DNA of 64,000 nucleotides, taken from positions 15,054 to 79,053 of the forward strand of contig DATJHQ010000019.1 in NCBI GenBank assembly GCA_035493815.1. The letters run 5' to 3'. The translations under genes were made by a program, and so were the position numbers. This document shows, in pieces, positions 59,483-64,000 of the stretch. Under the pieces are notes generated by a model. The model was not told the DNA's origin, ran no database searches, and saw nothing but the letters and a program-made list of their open reading frames with translations. Position 1 is the first letter of the stretch. Each line of letters begins with the position of its first letter. Source of the stretch: Rariglobus sp. (lineage in GTDB: Bacteria > Verrucomicrobiota > Verrucomicrobiia > Opitutales > Opitutaceae).

Positions 59483-59863
59483 TTATGCTTCTTTGGCTTT
59501 GGTGACGCCGACGGTGCGACGCGGTCCCTTGCGGGTGCGGGCGTTGGTGCTGGTGCGCTGACCGCGCACGGGAAGGCTCTTGCGGTGACGGACACCACGG
59601 TAGCAATTGATGGCCTGGAGGCGCTTCAGATTGCCGGTCAACTCACGGCGGAGATCGCCCTCGACCACCCACTTGTGCTCGGTGATGACGTGGAGGATCT
59701 TGTTAAGCTGCTCTTCGCTCAGATCCTGAGCGCGGAGATCGGGGCTGATGCCGGTTTCGCTGAGCACGAGGTCAGCGCGGACGGGACCAATTCCGTAAAT
59801 GTAACGGAGGGCAAACGCGACTTTCTTCTTCGCGGGAATTTCAACACCAAGGAGACGTGGCAT
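59483..59863 (-). CDS. rpsM: 30S ribosomal protein S13
   Basis: [26 protein letters not shown]...; 126 aa. Confidence 0.97.
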   Translation of the reverse strand: MPRLLGVEIPAKKKVAFALRYIYGIGPVRADLVLSETGISPDLRAQDLSEEQLNKILHVITEHKWVVEGDLRRELTGNLKRLQAINCYRGVRHRKSLPVRGQRTSTNARTRKGPRRTVGVTKAKEA

Positions 59864-59915
59864 AGATGGGTTTTAGTTGAGAGTTAGTGGTTGAGAAAAT
59901 GACAGGGAAAATGTT

Positions 59916-60698
59916 TTAAACAGAAACTGAAGCGGCGCGCGGGATCGTGAGGATCTCGGGACCTTTTTCAGTGGTGAGCACAGTGTGCTCGAAATGAGCA
60001 GAGGGCGACAAATCGGCGGTGACGACCGTCCATCCATCGCTTAACGTCTTTGTCCGGTAATGGCCTAGGTTTACCATCGGCTCGATCGCGAGGGTCATTC
60101 CCGGCTTGATCTTTTCACCGGAGTTTCGGCGGCCAAAGTTCGGGATCTGTGGCTCCTCATGCATCGAGGTGCCGACTCCGTGACCGACCATGTCGCGAAC
60201 AACACTGAAACCGTGGGACTCGACGAAGGTCTGCACCGTATGCGAAATGTCGCCGATGCGATTACCAACCTGCGCCTGCTGGATTCCGAGATAAAGCGCC
60301 TCTTCGGTCACCTTTAGCAGATCCGCCACTCGTGGCAGAATTTTTCCGATGGCGACCGTGGTAGCGTTATCACCGATGTAGCCGTTGTATTCGATAACGA
60401 CGTCGAGCGAAATGATGTCCCCTTCACGCAAAACGCGCTTGAGAGAACCAATACCGTGAACGACTTCTTCGTTTACCGAAAGGCAACTGTAGCCGGGATA
60501 GCGACGGCTTCCGAGTTGGTAGCCATAACATGCGCTCCGGGCTCCGTGCTGGGCGATCAAATCGCGCACAGCTTGATCCAAGTCATATGTGGTGACACCG
60601 GGCTGAACGAACTCCTTGAGCCTGTTCAGGACGGTGGCCGCAATCGCACAAGACTCACGCATGCGGGCGATCCCTTCTTTGTTTTTGATGGGGATCAT
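59916..60698 (-). CDS. map: Type I methionine aminopeptidase
   Basis: Metal-ligand contexts VVHGIG, ISLDVV, GYIGDNATT, VGHGVGTSMHEEP, LAIEPMV and HFEHTV. Confidence 0.95.
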   Translation of the reverse strand: MIPIKNKEGIARMRESCAIAATVLNRLKEFVQPGVTTYDLDQAVRDLIAQHGARSACYGYQLGSRRYPGYSCLSVNEEVVHGIGSLKRVLREGDIISLDVVIEYNGYIGDNATTVAIGKILPRVADLLKVTEEALYLGIQQAQVGNRIGDISHTVQTFVESHGFSVVRDMVGHGVGTSMHEEPQIPNFGRRNSGEKIKPGMTLAIEPMVNLGHYRTKTLSDGWTVVTADLSPSAHFEHTVLTTEKGPEILTIPRAASVSV

Positions 60699-61162
60699 GC
60701 AGCGGCGAATTGGTCGTTCTCAATGATGAGACCGAGAGTGCGATAGTGTCCGGCGACCTGACCAGAGGAAACAGCCTCTTCAACAAGAACGCCATTCAGG
60801 CTCTCGTCGCGGGCATCCAGCCATTCGTCGAACACTTTTGCTTGGAGCAACGTAGCCGGGAAGCCGGTTAAGGCGAAACCCGCATCGGGTTTGCGTGCCC
60901 AAAACCACCGGCGCACAGGCGCGAGAGCGGTTTCGTCCGTCAAGGGTGATCCTTGGCGGATCGCCCGTTCGGCGGTGAGGCCGGCGGGCGTGCGACGCGA
61001 AATCTCCTGCCTGATCAAATCGGCAAGAGAGACGTGCTCAATATTCAAAGAACGAAGCCGATTCATGGCGTTTTCCGAGGGAAACGGGGTTGAACCGAGC
61101 AGTAGGAACTTCTGTTTGGCGGGAGCGCCGAAAGAAGAAAAGAGGTCAGATCGTGCAGACAC
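60695..61162 (-). CDS. Adenylate-kinase-like protein: truncated, with degenerate P-loop and no LID (probably non-catalytic relic)
   Basis: 155 aa, GTG start. It occupies the secY-adk-map slot. KFLLLGSTPFPSENAMNRL aligns with Adk IILLGxPGAGKGTQA. GFALTGFPATLLQAKVFDEWL aligns with GFLLDGFPRTxxQAxxL. The stop overlaps the map start (ATGA). Confidence 0.65.
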   Translation of the reverse strand: MSARSDLFSSFGAPAKQKFLLLGSTPFPSENAMNRLRSLNIEHVSLADLIRQEISRRTPAGLTAERAIRQGSPLTDETALAPVRRWFWARKPDAGFALTGFPATLLQAKVFDEWLDARDESLNGVLVEEAVSSGQVAGHYRTLGLIIENDQFAAA

Positions 61163-61190
61163 TATACCCGAAGTAAAGCACGATTTAGTA

Positions 61191-62684
61191 TCACTGGAAA
61201 TGCTTCACCGACCAGGCAACGATGCCGACCAGGAAGATGATGCCGAGGACGAGCCAGAGCTTGCCCACCGTCTTGATATCGGCGGCTTCACCAATGGCGG
61301 TGGCCCCCGGGCTGCGGGCGCGAATGCGGCCCTTCTTGAGGAAGCCGTCGTAGTGACGTTGCAACAGGAAGGTCTCGATCTGCTTCATGGTATCGAGGAT
61401 CACGCCCACGGTGATCAGCATGCCCGTGCCACCAAAGAAGATAGCGATACGCTGCGGGACATTAAGCTCGAAGAGCAGAACGTCTGGCATGACGGCGATG
61501 ATCGTCAGGAACAGAGCACCCGCAAGCGTCATGCGAGTCATGATGAAATCGAGAAAATGGGCGGTGGGTTGACCGGGACGGACGCCCGGAATGTAACCAC
61601 CGTATTTCTTAAGATCATCGGCGATCTGGATGGGCTTGAACATGACGGAGACCCAGAAATAGCTGAAAAACAGAATGAGCAGACCGTAACTGGAATAGTA
61701 AATCCAGTGGCCTCGCAGAAGATTGGAAGAAAGCTCGGTGAGAAACTTGAGGTTAAAGGCCGCGCCGATTTGCGAGAAAATCTGCTGGGGGAACAGGAGA
61801 ATGGCACTGGCGAAGATCACCGGCATCACGCCCGAGTAGTTCACCTTGAGGGGAAGAAAGGAACTCTGACCGCCCATGACCTTGTTTCCAACCACACGCT
61901 TGGCGTATTGGACGGGAATTTTGCGCTGACCCTGCACCACCATGATGATGCCCATGGTCACGGCCACAAAGAGCAAGCCCATGACAATCGCCTGGGGAAC
62001 ACCGAGGCCCGCGACGCCGATGGCAGGGAAAAACAACTGGTAGGTCGCCGTGGCGGCACCCGGAATATCCGAGAGAATACCGATGGTGATAAGAAGCGAG
62101 ACACCGTTGCCAATGCCACGCTGGGTGATCTGTTCACCGAGCCACATCAGTAGCAACGTGCCTGCGGTCATGAAAACCACCGAGGTAACCATGAACCACC
62201 ACTTGGACACGATCACTATAGAACCGTAAGTAGCGACATCGTAGCCGCTGAAAAGCTTGGCCGGATTCTCCAAGGCGAGAATCAACAACGCGCCCTGCAC
62301 CAGACAGATCAATACCGTGGCGTAGCGGGTGTATTGGGTGAGCTTCTGGCGGCCGACATCACCTTCCTGCTGGAGGCGGCTGAGTGCGGGCACCACGGCG
62401 GTCATCAGCTGGAAAATGATGGACGCACTGATGTAAGGCATGATGCCCAGTGCAAAAACCGCGCCCTTAACCAGGGCGCCGCCGGTGAACATGTTGTAGA
62501 GACCCACAACCGCACCACCGGCGCTGCCGGCCTGCTGCTTGAAAAATTCCTGCAGCGGATGCGGATCGAGACCGGGCAGCGGGATATGGGCGCCGACGCG
62601 GGCAACAAAAAGGAGAGCGAGGGTGTAGAAGATGCGGGAGCGCAGCTCGGGAATCTTCAGTGAGTTCGTGAAAGCGGAAAGCAC
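61191..62684 (-). CDS. secY: Preprotein translocase subunit SecY
   Basis: 497 aa, 10-TM pattern, LGIMPYISASIIFQLMT motif. GTG start. Confidence 0.96.
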   Translation of the reverse strand: MLSAFTNSLKIPELRSRIFYTLALLFVARVGAHIPLPGLDPHPLQEFFKQQAGSAGGAVVGLYNMFTGGALVKGAVFALGIMPYISASIIFQLMTAVVPALSRLQQEGDVGRQKLTQYTRYATVLICLVQGALLILALENPAKLFSGYDVATYGSIVIVSKWWFMVTSVVFMTAGTLLLMWLGEQITQRGIGNGVSLLITIGILSDIPGAATATYQLFFPAIGVAGLGVPQAIVMGLLFVAVTMGIIMVVQGQRKIPVQYAKRVVGNKVMGGQSSFLPLKVNYSGVMPVIFASAILLFPQQIFSQIGAAFNLKFLTELSSNLLRGHWIYYSSYGLLILFFSYFWVSVMFKPIQIADDLKKYGGYIPGVRPGQPTAHFLDFIMTRMTLAGALFLTIIAVMPDVLLFELNVPQRIAIFFGGTGMLITVGVILDTMKQIETFLLQRHYDGFLKKGRIRARSPGATAIGEAADIKTVGKLWLVLGIIFLVGIVAWSVKHFQ

Positions 62685-62712
62685 AGCGGTGAAATCGAGG
62701 GACTAGGGTCGA

Positions 62713-62751
62713 GAAACAAAAAAAGGCCGCGCGAATCGGTTTCGCGCGGCC
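62713..62751 (-). terminator. Terminator-like hairpin in the rplO-secY spacer
   Basis: GGCCGCGCGAA-TCGGT-TTCGCGCGGCC. On the minus strand it is followed by TTTTTTTGTTTC. It lies 11 nt after the rplO stop, and its T-run ends 29 nt before the secY start. Confidence 0.6.
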
Positions 62752-62761
62752 CGCACCAACA

Positions 62762-63208
62762 TCAGGCGACGATCGCCTGGCCGCCGGCCTTCTCGATCTT
62801 GGCCTTGGCGGTTTCGGAGAACTTGGCGGCCGTGATCTTGAGCGCGCGGCTCAGTTCACCATCGCCAAGCACCTTGAGGAGGGACTTGTCGCCGCGGATG
62901 ATTCCCGCCTTGGCGAGGATCGCGGAGGTCACCTCAGTGACGCTGGCGTCGAGGCGGGCGAGATCGCCCACGTTGACGACTTCCGGCGCGTTGCGGAACG
63001 AAGCCTGATTGAAGCCGCGATGCGGCAGTTTGCGGTAAAGGGGCATCTGGCCGCCTTCGAAGCCGGGACGGATGCTGGAGCCGGAACGAGCCGACTGGCC
63101 TTTGCCGCCGCGACCGGAGGTCTTACCGTGGCCGCCGCCTTCGCCGCAGCCGACGCGCTTCTTGCGATGAATCGCGCCTTTTACGTTCTTGAGTTCGTGA
63201 AGTTTCAT
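62762..63208 (-). CDS. rplO: 50S ribosomal protein L15
   Basis: Trimmed to ATG 63208 (MKLHELKNVKGAIHRKKRVGCGEGGGHGKTSGRGGKGQ). Confidence 0.95.
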   Translation of the reverse strand: MKLHELKNVKGAIHRKKRVGCGEGGGHGKTSGRGGKGQSARSGSSIRPGFEGGQMPLYRKLPHRGFNQASFRNAPEVVNVGDLARLDASVTEVTSAILAKAGIIRGDKSLLKVLGDGELSRALKITAAKFSETAKAKIEKAGGQAIVA

Positions 63209-63277
63209 GGGAGTTCCTTGGGAGGGCGCCCCACCCTGCTTATACACAGGGCGGGACTCGGATTATATTCTATTGAA

Positions 63278-63823
63278 TCAGGCAGAGGCACGCACGGCCT
63301 TGATCTTTTCGGCGGTGCGGAGCTGCAGAAGACCGTTGAGGGTCGCGTTGACGATGGCGATGTGGTTGCTGGAACCCATCGACTTGGTGAGGATGTTTTT
63401 GACACCCGCAGCCTCGAGGACGGCGCGCACGCCGCCGCCGGCGATGAGGCCGGTGCCGGTCGAAGCGGGCTTGAGGAGAACCTTACCGCCGTCGGCGATG
63501 CCCATGACGTCATGGGAAATCGTGTCGCCCTTCAGCGTCACGGTGACCATGTGCTTCTTGGCGTGCTCGGTGCTCTTCTTGATGGCCTCGGGGACTTCAT
63601 TGGCCTTGCCGTAACCGATGCCGACCTTGCCCTTGCGGTCACCAACGACACACAAAGCGGAGAAGCTGAAGCGGCGGCCACCCTTGACCACCTTGGCGCA
63701 GCGATTGATGAAGACGATCTTCTCGACCATCTCGGGAGCGCCATCGGCGGAGGGAGCGGGAGCGCGACGATCACGACGATTGCCACCGCCGCCACCGTTA
63801 TTGGAGAAATTGCCAGTGCTCAT
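63278..63823 (-). CDS. rpsE: 30S ribosomal protein S5
   Basis: [45 protein letters not shown]...; Gly/Arg-rich N-terminus. Confidence 0.96.
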   Translation of the reverse strand: MSTGNFSNNGGGGGNRRDRRAPAPSADGAPEMVEKIVFINRCAKVVKGGRRFSFSALCVVGDRKGKVGIGYGKANEVPEAIKKSTEHAKKHMVTVTLKGDTISHDVMGIADGGKVLLKPASTGTGLIAGGGVRAVLEAAGVKNILTKSMGSSNHIAIVNATLNGLLQLRTAEKIKAVRASA

Positions 63824-63828
63824 AGGTA

Positions 63829-64000
63829 TTAGAATGCAAGACCACCTTCACGGGCGGCGTCAGCGAAAACTTTGACTTTGCCGTGGTAGGGGGCGCCGGA
63901 GCGGTCGAAAACGACCGAGGCAAGACCCGCTGCCTTGGCCTTGGAGGCGAAAGCAACGCCGAGCGCTTTGGCGCCGGCGATGTTGGCGGTGAGCTTCTCC
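63829..64000 (-). CDS. rplR: 50S ribosomal protein L18, C-terminal fragment (continues beyond the window)
   Basis: The reverse strand reads ...[11 protein letters not shown]-stop (TAA, complement of 63829-63831). This is the usual L18 C-terminus and the usual position upstream of rpsE. Confidence 0.8.
   Translation of the reverse strand, partial: EKLTANIAGAKALGVAFASKAKAAGLASVVFDRSGAPYHGKVKVFADAAREGGLAF

Noticed and set aside
56458-62153. Plus-strand ORFs 56458-57648 and 60891-62153 opposite rplQ/rpoA and the adk-like gene/secY.
   Set aside because: Antisense to ribosomal, RNA polymerase and translocon genes, with low-complexity translations.

Overview
This is a 64-kb window of a high-GC chromosome. 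Hand counts of sample lines give about 65-75% GC in core genes. Gene content suggests a PVC-superphylum, Verrucomicrobia (Opitutaceae-like) bacterium; this is inference only, based on an SHD1-domain secreted protein, a GldG/DUF4340 ABC cluster and ribosomal proteins with basic tails. The window is mostly housekeeping. In order: htpG 3' end; a YejABEF-type peptide ABC importer with a split ATPase; an Hsp70-like YegD-type protein; a three-gene ECF sigma module; aldehyde dehydrogenase; ppk1; a secreted SHD1/papain-like peptidase; secA; lnt; a GldA/F/G-type ABC exporter cluster with a DUF4340 protein; an AraC regulator with a secreted GH130 enzyme; a self-contained Fry-like fructose-family PTS (HPr-EI-EIIA fusion, IIB, IIC); tRNA-Met; rpsB-tsf; tRNA-Ser(CGA); UDP-xylose synthase; tgt; pabA/trpG; nrdR; a HIT protein; a large GH2 enzyme with LamG-like and AbfB-like C-terminal modules and its XylR-like regulator; dprA; nnr; acpS-pdxJ; gltA; hisDCBH; guaA; and the distal spc/alpha ribosomal cluster (rplR', rpsE, rplO, secY, adk-like, map, rpsM, rpsK, rpsD, rpoA, rplQ). 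I found no CRISPR array, transposase, integrase, phage genes or recognisable defence genes. I cannot point to a clear-cut novel multi-gene system. The observations most worth follow-up are these. (1) A truncated adenylate-kinase relic with no P-loop and no LID sits in the conserved secY-adk-map slot. (2) An orphan CnrY/CnrX/CnrH-like ECF module has a Cys/His-rich sensor and no efflux pump. (3) A 20-bp duplication of the tRNA-Ser 3' end lies 160 bp downstream of the tRNA, next to lower-GC genes, and looks like an integration scar. (4) An AraC-GH130-PTS neighbourhood lacks a sugar-phosphate kinase. (5) Several orphan ORFs are translationally coupled or lower in GC. (6) The initiator-type tRNA has atypical features. 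The many long ORFs antisense to conserved genes are high-GC mirror-frame artefacts and were rejected.
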